From contig NC_057719.1 in the NCBI RefSeq assembly GCF_004010195.1, forward strand, positions 9,525,112 through 9,589,111: DNA of 64,000 nucleotides, given 5' to 3'. Origin of the DNA: Chiloscyllium plagiosum (Eukaryota). The notes beneath the pieces were generated by a model that did no database searches, had not been told where the DNA came from, and saw only the letters and a list, made by a program, of their open reading frames with translations. Positions 13,195-26,010 of the stretch are shown piece by piece. The stretch's first letter is position 1, and each line of letters starts with the position of its first letter. A program made the position numbers and the translations under genes.

Positions 13195-13795
13195 GTTTTG
13201 ATAGGTGTGAGGGTTAAGCAGTTAACAGAGGGGGTTACAGGGAGGTGAGAGTTAATGGCTTGACAGTGGGGGTGTTACAGAGAGTTGAAAGTTAGTGTGT
13301 TGACTATAGGAGAGGTTACAGGGAGGTGAAAGTTAATGTATTCACAGTTGGGGAGCTACAGGAAGGTGAGGGTTAATGTGTTGATGGGTGGGGTTACAGG
13401 GAATTGAGGGTCAATGTGTTAATGAGTGGGGTTACAGGGTGGTGAGGGTTAATATGTTGGGTTATTGGGAGGTGAAGGTTAACGTGTTAACAGTGGGTGT
13501 GTTTATTGGGAGGTGAGGGTTAATGTGTTGATGGGTGGGGTTAGAGGGAGGTGAGGGTTAACGGGTTCACAATGGGGGTGTTTACTCGGAGGTGAGGGTT
13601 AATGTGTTGACAGTGAGGAATTACAGGGAGGTGTGGGTTAATGGGTTCAAAGTGGGGGGGAGTTAGAGGGAAGGGAGGGGTTAGAGGGAGGTGAGAGTTA
13701 ATGGATTCACAGTGGGGGCATTACAGGGAGGAGGGGGTTAATGGGTTCACAATGGGGGGGTTTACAGGGAGCAGCAAGTTAATGGCTTCACAGTT
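13195..13795 (+). repeat. G-rich minisatellite, ~40-44-bp unit (ttacagggaggtgagggttaatgtgttgacagtggggg), roughly 14 degenerate copies
   Basis: The motif ggaggtgagggttaat recurs at ~40-bp spacing across the interval. Confidence 0.9.
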
Positions 13796-14532
13796 GGCCT
13801 TGCATGAGAAAGGCTTATTAGATGTTGGTCTTGAAATCTGTTCACATATCTGGCTGTAAAATTCATCCCTTCAGGAAATGAAAATCCATCTACAAAGCAT
13901 GATAAAAAATATTACATGGCTCAGAGCAAATTCAAGTGGAGTGTTTATAAAAAAGTGTCTGATCTTACATTTTAGGAAAAGTAGTATTCACTATACTTTC
14001 AACTCGAAGTTGCATGGTTAGATCTACCTTGGGTGCTGTAAGTGATCTGCTGGCAATCATAACTCAACACTTTTACTGCCTCAGGGACATTTACTGAAAA
14101 ACTCTAGTACTAGGGCAGTACATGAGCTAAGTGGGATTTGATGTGATACATATGCTTGAATACATTTTGGTGAATAATAATGGAGGAAACAGTGTGTTAA
14201 CAATTCACAGTAAGTGGATTTAATCTGCAAATTTTGATCAAAATAAAGTGGGCTATGACAACTTTATGATAGTGTTTATATTATGGAGAAGTATTATTGT
14301 CATTCCATCATTGTCGACTGCACCTTCGGTTGCCTCGGTCTTAAGCTCTGGAATTCTCTCCCTACTGCTCTCCAGCTCAGTTAACTCTATTAAGACATCT
14401 CTTAAAAAACTACCTCATTGATCAAGCTTTCTTTATATTGTATGGCATCATATTCTTTTGTCAAACACTGTTAGGAAAGGTTGAGCACTGCTTTATGTTA
14501 AAGCTGCTATGTAAATGTAAGATGTAGTTATA

Positions 14533-15000
14533 GAGTCAGAGAGTCATAAAGATGTACAGCACGGAAATAGACCCTTCGGTCCAACTCGTCCATGCCAACC
14601 GGATAGCCCAAACCAATCTAGTCCCACCTGCCAGCACCTGGCCCATAACCCTTCCTATTCATATACCCATCCAGATGCCTTTTAAATGTTGCAATTGTAC
14701 CAGCCTCCACTACTTCCTCTGGCAGCTCATTCCATACACGTACCACCCTCTGTGTGAAAAAGTTGTCCCTTAGGTCTCTTTTATATCTTTCCCCCTCACC
14801 GTAAACCTATGTCCTCTAGTTCTGCACTCTCCCACCCCAGGGAAAAAAACTTTGTCCATTTATCCTATCCATGTCCCTCATGATTTTATAAATGTCAATA
14901 AGGTCACCCCTCAGCCTCCGACGCTCCAGGGAAAACAGCCTTAGCTTATTCAACCTCTCCCTATAGCTCAAATCCCCCAACCCTGGCAACATTCTCGTTA
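14533..15000 (-). mobile_element. CR1/HER1 LINE 3' end (adjacent to an L2-like 3' end at ~14300-14530 +)
   Basis: ORF 14816-15007 LSYRERLNKLRLFSLERRRLRGDLI, followed by the 3' UTR. Confidence 0.9.
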
Positions 15001-15889
15001 TTCTCATTTAATTTTTGATTGTAAATTCTGAAAATACCATAACCTTCTAATGGTACAAAAAAGTTTTTGCACGTTTTTTGTGTACATTTGATAACTGTAA
15101 TTTATTCAATAACTTCAAAGTCTTGCATTTTTATAACAACTAGAAGGTAATTATTTGTCTCAAACCACTTCTCACAACAACATCACAAAGGCAGATGACC
15201 AAACACCTGATCAAAAGGTAGTTTTAAGGAACCTCTTAAAGGAGTACAGCCAAAAGAGCACTCGAGACATTTAGACAGTGAATTTCAGGTCATAGGAGTC
15301 TTGGCAGCTGAAGGCAAGCCAGCAACCGTGAAGCAACTAAAATTAGGGATGCTAAAGAGGGGTAGAAAGGGAGGAAAACAGATATCTTGGAAGGTTTTGG
15401 AATTGGAGGAACCAACAGGAATAAGGGTGGGCAGGGTCACAGTGGAATCAGAAAACAATATTGGGAATTTTAATTGGGAGCCAATTTAGGTCGCAGAAAC
15501 ATTGGAGCACAATGACTAGGAGCATAAGTAGGCCATTCAGCCCCTCGAACCTACTCTTTCATTCAATACAATCATGGCTGATCATCGAGCTCAATTACCT
15601 AAGTCAACCCTCCCCCGACATCCGTTGATCACTTTTGCCATAAGAATTAGTCCTTCTTGAAAATATTTAATGTTTTGGCCTTGACCACTTCCTGTGGTGG
15701 GAGCTCACTAATTTTTCCTCATCTCAGTCCTAAAAAGTCTACCTCTTATCCTTAAACTCTAACCTCTGGTTCTTGACTCCCCCACCATCAGGAACATCCT
15801 TCCTGCATCTAACTTGTCTAGCCCTGTTTATAGATTTCCGTGAAATCTCGCTTCATTCTTCTAAATTCCAGTGAATATAATCCTAGGAG

Positions 15890-16100
15890 AAAGGGACCAC
15901 TGCAGATGCTGGTGAGAAGAGTCAAAAAGTGTGGTGCTGGAAAAGCACAGCAGGTCAGGCAACATCCGAGGAGCAGGAGAGTCAACATTTTGAGCATAAG
16001 CTTTTCATTTCTGATGAAGGACTCATGCTCGAAAAGTCAATTCTCCTGCTCCCTGGATGCTGCCGGACCAGCTGTGCTTTTCCAGCCTCACCCTTTTTGA
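15890..16100. mobile_element. Palindromic Penelope-derived element inserted in an old CR1 (15500-17075 -)
   Basis: gctggaaaagcacagcaggtcaggc...CTGATGAaggactcatgctcGAAAAGTC...gctgtgcttttccagc; the arms are reverse complements. Confidence 0.8.
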
Positions 16101-16387
16101 ATATACTTTAATCCTAACCGACTCAACCTTTCCCATACGTCAGTCCTGCCGTCCCAGGAATCAATTTGGTAAACGTTCACACTATAGCAAGAACATCCTT
16201 ACTCAGATAAGGACGATACAATATTCCAGGTGTGACCTCACCAATGTCCTGTATAATTACCATAAGACATCCTTGTTCCTGTCCTCGAATCCTCTCACTA
16301 TGAAGGCCAACATATCGTTTGCCTTCTTTACTACCTGTTGCACCTGCACGCTTACTTTCAGTGACTGGTGAATGAGGAATCCCAGGT

Positions 16388-16870
16388 CTTCAGAAAAGAT
16401 TTACAAGGATGTTGCCAGGGTTGGAGGATTTGAGCTGTAGGGAGAGGTTGAATAGGCTGGGGATGTTTTCGCTGGAGCATCGGAGGCTGAGGGGTGACCT
16501 TATAGAGATTTATAATATCATGAGGGGCATGGATAGGGTAAACAGACAAAGTCTCTTCCTGGGGTCTCCAGAACTAGAGGGCATTGGTTTAGGGTGAGAG
16601 GGGAAAGATATAAAAGAGACCTCAGGGGTAACTTTTTCACACAGACGGTGGTATGTGTATGGATTGAGCTGCCAGAGGAAGTGGTGGAGGCTAGTATAAT
16701 TGCAACATTTAAAAGGCATCTGGATGGGTATATGAATAGGAAGGGTTTGGAGGGATATGGGCCAGGTGCTAGCAGGTGGGACTAGATTGGGTTGGGATAT
16801 CTAACCGGCATGGACGAGTTGGACCGAAGGGTCTGTTTCCGTGCTGTACACCTCTATGACGCTATGATTC
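16388..16870 (+). mobile_element. CR1/HER1 LINE 3' end nested in an older CR1
   Basis: ORFs 16409-16597 and 16594-16785 carry the CR1 ORF2 C-terminal motifs. Confidence 0.9.
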
Positions 16871-17574
16871 CCCTCTATAAATGTAAAGCCATTCAAATAA
16901 TAATCTGCCTTCCTGTTTCTGCTCACAAGTGAATAACCTCACATTGACCAACATTATACTGTCCCTGCCATGCATTGGCTCATTCACTCAGCCTGTCCAT
17001 ATCTCACTGCAACATCTCACAGCTCATCTTTCCACCCAGATTTGTATCATTAGCAAATTTTAAGATATTACATTTTGCTCCAGTGTACACTGGTGTGGCG
17101 GATAAATGGGACTTGGTGCAATTTTGGACAGAGTCAAAGTTATAGAGGTTACTGAGATCAACCAACAATGAGTTGGAATAGTCAGGCCTTCTGGATGTTG
17201 AAGTTCTTTGTTTGGATGGTGGATAGTGTGAGTGGACATTCATGATACTTGCTTGGGAACAGGTGCAGCAGTGGGTCAAATATGCGTCTTCCACCCCTGT
17301 GGCTGGCATTCAAATTCAGCCTCGATCCGACTCCTGAGCTTTCATCATAATTTATCTGAGTTACACTCAATATGGGCACTCGAATACTGGCCCCAATCAC
17401 CTGGAGTCGGAAGATAGAGGGAGAACCCACACTTGATAAATCCAGCTAGAACACCTCAAATGGCTTCATAGAGGTAGTTTCAGCCAAATGTTGACACCTA
17501 ACCACACCAGGAGATTAGAATGGGTGACGAAAGTCTTGACCAAAAAAGTAAGCTTAAAGGCATCGAATAGGACA

Positions 17575-17785
17575 AAATGTGCATGTGTGTGCATGCGCAT
17601 GGGTGTGTGTGGGCGAATATGTGCCTATGTGTGGGAAGATGTGTATGTGTGTGGGGGCGAATATAAATGTGTAGGTGAGTATGAGCATTGTTTGTGTGTG
17701 TGAGAAACAAAGAATATGTACTTGTGTATGTAGGTGAATAGAAGTGTGCAGGTGAGTGTGAATTGTGTGCGTGTGTATGTGAGAG
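17575..17785 (+). repeat. Degenerate (TG)n-rich simple repeat within an L2-like fragment
   Basis: Runs of tgtgtg and gtgtat. It explains the His/Thr-rich spurious ORFs here. Confidence 0.85.
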
Positions 17786-19423
17786 ATTTCAGAGTTTGGT
17801 AAACAGAAATCTGAAAGTGAGGCCACCGATGACACAGCAATAAAATCTGTGGCTGAAGGGGTAGCCGGAATTCAAGGAGCTCAAGAGATCTGGTGGTTGG
17901 GGTTGGTGGTGTAGTAATTGTGCTGCAGAAGGTTACAGAGATAAAGGCAGGGATTTTAAATGTTTCTGTAGCCCAAGGGGTGGACGCCAATGACATGCAT
18001 CAGAGATGAGTTTACTCAGCATGGACTCAGGGGCATTAGGCAGCCCTCTCTAAGGAGACAAATAGCTTGGAAAGCCTGAAGTCTCGATGGGATTTGCCTT
18101 CAGTTATGACTGCAACATTTTAATTTATCTCAGAATCTGATACATTTTCCCCTCGGGTTTCTCTGATTTAATTATGTTTTATAGCATTACTTAAAGTCGT
18201 TGCAGGCGCCTGATCAGGAATACAGTGAATAAGGTCAGAAAAATCGAAAATAGACGAACTTACACACTACAAACAAATGCCGATTCTGCTTTGTGCCTTA
18301 TTTCTTTGGTGTTAACACAGCAAATTGAGCTGACCTACATTCCCATCACTGAATATTCAACACAGCTAGGGGTGAAAACTGGACTAAACACTGTAAATGG
18401 TTTCCCCTGTGACAGCAGTTCAGCACCGGCAGCATTACTGAAGGAACCTTTAAGTTTCGTACATGGGATGTTTCAGGATGATACCCTGTTAACTCGTGCA
18501 CAAAGTCAAACTCCAACGTCTTACTGAAATAAATTCCAAACCTTTTGTACTTATTAGCTGCTCACTGATGGCATCAAACTCTCCCTGGTGAAAACCTACT
18601 CATTCAAAAGGTGGCTTTTCAATTCCTCCAGTCTGCACAGAGTAAGAAAGTGCTTTTTTGGCTAATTTTGGAGTTGGGGTTGACAGGAACAGTCTCTGAC
18701 CTGGAAACATTACGAACCATTGATCTAACATTGTAAAGAGTTCAGGCAATGGGAGATACTGTTAATCAACATGGGGAAAGTCAGGAAAGTGAAGTCACGG
18801 ATTATCGGATCAGCCATGATCTCACTGAATGGCAGAGCAGACTTGATAGGACGGATGGCCTGCTCCTGCTCATGTGTCTTACGTTTGTTTTTGAGGAGAC
18901 AACACCTTGATGTGTTACTTGTTGACCCTCTACCCCTTGGCTGAAATATCTAATCTCAGAAACTAGTCTATTACATGGGTATGTCTGCCAAATGAAACTC
19001 TAACTGCTGGATTTCCTTCATGTCGGGTCTGGGGAGAATGCATTGACCAGACTTATTCAGGACTGCTAAGGTTAGTAATCTGCTGCTGTCACTGTCACTG
19101 AGGAGCCTGTGATCAGAGGGAGAAATTTCAAAGAGTTTACATCAGGCCAGGATTACTCAAGACAGTGGAAGACCTACCATCATTGTTCTCTCCACTCAGT
19201 TAACAGATTGCGCAGTCGCCACTTGATTGATCTCCCAGAATTTGGCATTGTGGGTCTACTTACATTAAATGGAGTGCAGCAGTTCCAGAGGTTACCTGAC
19301 TCTACCTTCTCAAGAACAATTGGTGATGGGGAATATATGTTGACCAAGCCAGCAAAACCCACATCCTCTGCATAAATAGTAAAAAAAACTTGCGTCGCTG
19401 AGAAAACATCAAGTTTCTTGATA

Positions 19424-19526
19424 AAGACTGGAGGCTCACTGGACCTGAAACGTTAACTCCAATTTCCCTCCACAGATGCTTCCAGACATACTGAGATTTT
19501 CCAGCAATTTATGCTTTTGTTTGAGA
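19424..19526 (+). mobile_element. Short Penelope-terminal insertion with 10-bp TSD
   Basis: TSD tttcttgata at 19414-19423 and 19527-19536. Contains cactggacctGAAACGTTaactc, the 3' half of the hammerhead core. Confidence 0.7.
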
Positions 19527-21134
19527 TTTCTTGATATATCGCTGTCCATTTTGTTAAAAAAAATTCCCACTTCGATCTGAAGTGTAAAATGTTACTTGGA
19601 AGAGCACCATTTGTTCCCCTTTCTATGGTTCATTCAAGTAACTATCCAAACCAGAGGAAGAAAGAATTAAAATGTTGATAAATGCTCTAAGAATTCTTCT
19701 TACATTTGTTTGATAAAAGGATTGCAAGTATTAGTCGCTATTTGCCTGCTGGTCCATCTCACTTCAATTTGAATTTTCTTCCAACAATAAATTTGATGTC
19801 GGTATTTAGCCTGCGCTAGACAATTCAATTGGAATTTGCTTGCCTGTTCATCCAATGAAACACGAATATACGATGAGTAGGCTATGAGAAATTCCATTTC
19901 AAAAATGTTTATTAATCACACTGACCCATTCACAGCATGAACAGATTTCAGATCAGAGAAAGTCAAGGTGCCATATCAAATTGCCATGAATAAAGATAAG
20001 AGTCATAACAAATCTTATAATTCATTGTATACAAAGCTCTTGCTAAAATGTTAATATTGTTCGTGGTAATTTGCAGTTAGATTGTGTGGTACCTGCTTCA
20101 GTGAACTTGTTTAGGTTCATTCAACTCATATGGACATTAATTATCACCTTAAACACCAGTCTCAACTTCATTATTTTGTTCACTAATTACTTTTCACGTT
20201 TGTTTCAAAGGATAAGTTACAATATTCCAACGGAGATATGAAAATGTTCCAAACTTAGTCACCCATTTAAACTGGGTGCCTGTTCTGCTATCATGACTGC
20301 TCTGTTCATTCACTGAATCCACCCAACGGAGAGGTTGTTTCTCCTTTTGGAGAGTTGAAGGCCAGAGAGAATAATCTCAGAATAAGGGGCATACACTTAA
20401 GACAGAGGAGGAGGAATTTCTTCTCTGAGAGGGCAATGGATCTGTAGAATCTTCATTAAGAGGGCTACAGAGGCTGTGTTGGTAAGGATATTCAAGGCTG
20501 AGATAGACAGATTTCTAACCAGTAAGGGAATCAAGGCAGGCTAGTGGAGTTGAGGATTATCAGATCAGCCATGAACAACCAATGAATGGCAGAACCAGTT
20601 CGATGGCCTGAATAGCCTACTTCCTCATCTATGCCTAATGGTGTTATGGTCAAACCTAAATTTCTCTGTTCTTTCCTGTAAAAGCACTGCCTCAGACTGA
20701 GGTATTGGACATTCTCTGTAACCTCAACCAGGAAGTCATTTTTCACATATTCTGAGTTAACAGAGAATATGTGTTACGGAGGACAACATCACAGCTGTGT
20801 CAGGTCCTGCTCCGATTGGTCTTTGACACATGTCCACTTCATCACTAACTTCTTCCGACCTGTGTAACAGCTCCCAGCTCAGTGCCTGCCTCAGCCCTTT
20901 TTATTCCAGTATTCTCTTGACCAGCCTCTCCTCCATAAATCTGAATACATCTGATTCATTTCAAATCCCTCCCTGACCTCATCCTATTTCAGGAATCTCA
21001 CCTTCCAGTCCTGTGCAATCTCTACAGTCCTCTAATTCAAAATTCAGCATCGCCAACTTTGACCACTTCATCATTGGGGACTGTACCTCTTCCTGCCTCG
21101 GCCCTAAACCCTGGAATTCACTCCGTAAACTATT

Positions 21135-22354
21135 TGTTACAACGTTGGGCAGAGTCATTATAGATTGAGAGGCAGGAAGTTAGAATTGGGCTTGTGTAAA
21201 ATTGTAAAATGCTTGCGGAGAAAAGCATTGCATGGTCCCTTTAAAAGATGGTGCTTTTTCAGTGCCTAGAGATTTAAAATGGATGTCTGTGAGTAACAGC
21301 TTGAAATGTTTGCAAGTACACAAAGAGAACTGAAACATTTGTATCGAAAGGCAATACAGTTAGCAGGCCAAGCAGCAGTTTTTAACAAGACAACAGACTT
21401 TTAGATTTAGCCAGTCAGTTTGAACTAGGCATTTAGATACCAAAAACCTATTAAATTTAAATCTGATGGTTTTGAAAACATAGGATCAATCCTATTATAA
21501 GAAATATTGATATGTCATCAAGGGTATAAAAAAAAGAGGCAGTTGGACAAAGACTCCAGAGCTAACTGCCATCCACCAGAGCTCACGGCCATTAGCTCTC
21601 TCTCTCGAGAGAGAGAATCGCTGGCTCTCATAGCCTCATCTATGTCTCAGAGAAAGCACCATTTAAATAACAATGGAGAAGCATTCATGACAGAAGAACC
21701 GACACAGAACATTCCAGAAGATACATAACCTGGCTGTAATTTTAAAAGACTAAATTCTATTTTTGTTATATGAGTGGGTCTTATATTTATTGGAACAGCA
21801 TACAATTAGAATCTTGTTTTTTTTTATATTACTTACAGCGTGGAAACAAGCCCTTCGGCCCAACAAGTCCACACCGACCCGCAACCCACCCAGACACATT
21901 CCTCGACACCAAACACTACGGACAATTTAGCATGGCCAATTCACCAAACCTGCACATTTTTGGATTATGGGAGGAAACCCACACAGACACAGGGAGAATG
22001 CACAAAGTCCACACAGAGTCGCCTGAGGCGGGGATTGAACCCGGGTTTCTGGTGCTGTGAGGCAACAGTGCTAACTGCTGTGCCACTGTGCCGCCCATGT
22101 TTTAATCAGGAATAGTAAGTAGTTAGAAGGGATTTATTTGGTTTGTTAGTAATTTGTTTCGGCTGTGTTCATTGCTGGACTTAGATAAATAAATTGTTAT
22201 TTGTTGATTTTAAAGAGAGTGTCAGGGAAATTATTTTACGTAACCACAAAAGATTGCTGAAAAGCAGGTTACACCACTTTTCACACTCTCGCTCCTCCTT
22301 GGGTGCTTCGGCTTTAGTTCTCGGGGCGGGGGTGTCAATCTCCACTTTATAACA
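21135..22354 (+). mobile_element. Solo LTR (Gypsy/ERV-type) with 4-bp TSD, inserted in an L2 3' end and carrying an HE1 SINE
   Basis: Termini TGTTA...TAACA, flanked by TATT (21131-21134, 22355-22358). TATAAAA near 21524, AATAAA near 22187. The L2-like sequence resumes across the insertion. Confidence 0.8.
21822..22097 (-). mobile_element. HE1-type SINE nested in the LTR
   Basis: Begins gggcggcacagtggcacagcagttagcac on the minus strand; V-domain and tail present. Confidence 0.9.
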
Positions 22355-22889
22355 TATTCCACCTTCTAACACCTCACTCCTCTTTTATGATGTGGCCCAT
22401 GTGACTGAACTTCAGACCACCTATCCCATGTCTCCTTGTGCAGCTTTGTTTGACAATGCTCCTATGTGGAATGTTGAAGCATTTTGTTACATTAAACATG
22501 CTATATAGATGCAAATAAAAGCAAAATCCTGCAGATGCTGGAACTCTGAAATACAAACAGTTGATGCTGGAGAAAGTTAGCAAGTCCAGTACCGTCACAG
22601 TTTGTTCCAATCACTCTTCCTCCCCTTCTGTCTACAAAAGAAACAGAACATTTCCTATCCCATTTTTGTTCAGAAGGAGACTCATCCTGAAACATTAAAT
22701 ATGACTCTCTCTCTTCAGAAGCTGCTTGACCTGCTGAGATTCTCAAGCACTTTCTGTTTTTATTTCATTTATTCTATATATGCAAGCTATTGTTGTTTCA
22801 CACATCCATTCGGAAAATAAAACGTGAAGGTTGATATTCCAAGAAATCAAAACAGACATGTCAGTACAGCCACTAACCAGGAAGGTTTA

Positions 22890-24045
22890 GATTCTAAGTA
22901 TGTCAGTTAGCTCGCTGAGCTGGATGATTTGTTTTCAGACGTTTCATCACCATGACTAGGTAACATCATCAGTGAGTCTCTGGTGAAGCACTGGTGATAT
23001 GTCCTGTCTTTCTATTTATAGGTCTTGGTTTTTTAAGGTGGGTGATGTCATTTCCAGTTTTTTATTTCAAAGGAAGGTAGATAGGGTCTAAAGCAGAATG
23101 TTTAATGATGGAGTTCCTCTAAGAGTTCTTGTGCGTGTCTTTGTTTTGTCTGTCTTAGGATGTGTGAGTTGTCCCAGTCAAAGTGGTGTCCTTCTTTGTC
23201 TGTACGTATAGAAACTAGTGATAGTGGGTCATGTCTTTTGGTGGCTATTTGGTGTTCGTGTATCCTGGTGGCAAGTTTCCTGCTAGTTGGTCCGACGTAG
23301 TTTTTTTCACAGTTCTTGCATGGTGTCTTGTAAATGAAGTTAGATTTGTTTGTAGTATCTAATGGATCCTTTAGTTTCATTAGTCTCTGTTTAAGTGTGC
23401 TGGTGGGTTTGTGGGCTATCATGATGCCAAGGGGTCTGAGTAGTCCGAAAGCCATTTCTGATATGTCTGATGTACGGTAATGTGGCTATAGTTTTTGGTT
23501 GTGCTGTGTCTGCTTGTTTGCGTTTGTTTATGAGGAATCGGCAGATTGTGTTTATTGGGTACCCGTTTTTTTTTAAAACGTTATATAGATATTTTTCTTC
23601 TGCTGTTTGTAGTTCTTGGGTGCTGCAGTGTGATGTAGCTCATTGAAATAATATCTTGTTTCAGCTCCGTTTGTGGGTGTTGGGATGATTGCTTCTGAAG
23701 TTAAGTATTTGTTCTGTGTTTGTTGCTTTTGTGTAGACGCTAGTTTGAAGCTCTTCATTAACTGTACATTCAACTGTCACATCTCGGAATGGAAGTCTGT
23801 TGTCGTTCTCCTTTTTTGTACATTTTACACCTGTCAGGATATTGTTGATGGTGTTGTATGTTTCCTCAAATTTGTTCCATTTTGTCATGACAACGGCTTC
23901 ATCCAAGTAGTGGACCCAAAGTATAGGTAGGATAGATGGGAGGGCAGTTTGTTCAAGTCTCTGCATTACTGCTTCCCCAATGAGCTCTGATATTGGTGAT
24001 CCCATAGGTGTTCTGTTGACTTGTTTGTAGGTTTTGTTATTAGAT
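22890..24045 (-). mobile_element. Penelope-like retroelement, 5'-truncated and degenerate (RT C-terminus, GIY-YIG endonuclease, terminal hammerhead)
   Basis: ORF 23661-24005 (MGSPIS...EAVMQRLE...WVHYLDE, decayed YVDD) and ORF 23102-23455 (FIYKTPC..C...YVGPTSRKLATRIHEH). Hammerhead core at 22935-22975. Confidence 0.9.
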
Positions 24046-24654
24046 TCTTTTTTCTAAACTGTATCGTTATCATATTACAATCTGTAAGTAATGGGCCATA
24101 AATGGACAGCAGGAACAGTTCTCATCTTCATGTAGTAAGGATAATTCAGTCGCATGTCAGTTAGTTCAAGAAAGAATCGTACTGAGAGGTTATAATGAAA
24201 GACATAACAGGTTGGCGATACTTTCTTCAGGAAAGAGCTGACTAATTGATAACCTGATAAGATCTTTGGGATAATGAAAGAATTAGATCAGATGAATAGG
24301 GTACAGAAAACAGGAGCGGGAGTCGGCCATTCAGCCCTTTGAATCTGCTCTGCCATTCAACATGATCGTTACTTTACTCCCTATCCGCTATGTGCCCTTG
24401 AGCTCTGAGAATTATATTTAACTCCACCTTGATGACAAAATATGCTTCCAGTTGCTTGTGAGATCACAATTAATGGGCCATTTTCCTAAGGGTGTCACTG
24501 GTGAGTTTAACAGGGAATTCAGGAGAAACATTGGTACTGAAAGAATAGTCAGAAAATTGAACTGTTTCCCTCATGAGAAGCTTTGGCTAATAACATAGAC
24601 GGAGATTCAGGGAGAGGGATTGTAACCATATGGTGGGAGAAAGGAAATGGTTTG

Positions 24655-25640
24655 TGATATATAAACTGACTTGGATGAAAATGTAGTTGAATGGGTTAGC
24701 AGGTTTATAGATGACACAAAGATCGATGGAGTTGTGGATAGTTTAGAGGGTTGTCAAAGGGTACAACAGGATAGACATCAGTTGCAGATCTGCATGGACA
24801 AGTTGTATCTAAGGGTCTGTTTCCCTGCAGTTCATTTCTATGATTCTCTATCCTCAGAGAAATGGCAGATGGAGTTTAATCCAGGCAAGTGTGAGGTGCT
24901 GCACTTTGTGAGATCAAATGTCAAGGAAAAGTATACAGTTAATGGCAGGACCCTGAACAGCATTGAGGTGCAGGGGATCTTGAGGTTCAAGTCCACTGCT
25001 CTCTAAAAGTGGGCAAACAAGTAAAGAGGCTGGTAAAGAAGGTGTATGGCAGGGAACTGAATACAAGAGTCAGGATGTCATTTTGCAGCTTTATAAGACT
25101 TTGGTTAGGCCGCACCCCTACAGTATTCCATTTAATTCTGGAAGGATGTGGAGGCTTTGGAGAGGGTGCAGAAAATGCTGCCCGGATTAGAGGGTATGAG
25201 CTATAAGAAGAGGCTAGAAAAACTCAGGTTGTTTTCTCTGGAGTGGCAGAGGCTGACAGGAGACTTGATAGAAGTCAGTAAAATTATGAGAGACATAGAT
25301 AGGGGTAATGGTCAAAATCTTCACCACCCGCCCCCCCCGAGTTGAAATATCTAAAACTATGGGGCAAACACTTGAGGTGAGGGGGGGCAAGTTCAAAGGA
25401 GATGTGAGGAGCACGTTTTGTTTTACACGGGGAGTGGTAGGAGTCTGGAGTGCGCTACCAGAGGTGGTGGTGAAGGCAGACAGGATTGGGGCACTTAAGA
25501 GGCTTTTAGATAAGCACATGTCTGTGCAAAGAATGGAGGGATATGGACCAAGGACAGGCAGAAGGGATTAGTTTAGTTGGTGTCATGTTTGATACAACAT
25601 CATGGGCCAAAGGGCCCATTCCTGTGCTGTACTGTTCTAT
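24655..25640 (+). mobile_element. CR1 LINE RT C-terminus to 3' UTR, degenerate
   Basis: SRFIDDTKI (FADD motif), WQMEFNPGKCEVLHF, LEWQRLTGDLIEV, FTRGVVGVWSALP. Confidence 0.9.
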
Positions 25641-25684
25641 TTTCAAGGGATAGTAATGTGGGATTAGATGAAGTGGGAGGAATT

Positions 25685-26010
25685 GAAAAGTGTGGCGCTG
25701 GAAAAGCACAGCAGGTCAGGCAGCATCTGAGGAGCAAGAGAATCAACATTTCGGGCTGAGGGGGAAGGGGGCTGAGAGGTAAATAGGAGGGTGGGGAAGG
25801 CGATGGGTAGCTGCAGGTGGAGGGTGATGGTGATGGGCTGGAATGGAGGGTGGAGTGGATAGGTGGGAGGGAAGATCAAGAGGTAGGACAGTTCAAGAGG
25901 GCAGTGCCAAGTTGGAAGGCTGGATCTGGGATGAGGTGGGGGGAGGGGTGATGAGGAAACTGACGAAGTTAACGCTGATGCCATGTGGTTTGAAGGTGGG
26001 AGGAGATAAA
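25685..26010 (-). mobile_element. Penelope-type 3' terminal fragment (hairpin-family arm plus purine-rich tail)
   Basis: gctggaaaagcacagcaggtcaggcagcatc arm, shared with 15890-16100 and 63442-63637, followed by a G-rich tract. Confidence 0.6.

Noticed and set aside
13195..13795. Regularly spaced repeats suggesting a CRISPR array or interstitial telomere
   Set aside because: Eukaryotic context, no unique spacers, no cas genes, and no tandem TTAGGG run.
17488..17996. His/Thr-rich and Cys/Val-rich ORFs
   Set aside because: Translations of a (TG)n/(CA)n simple repeat.
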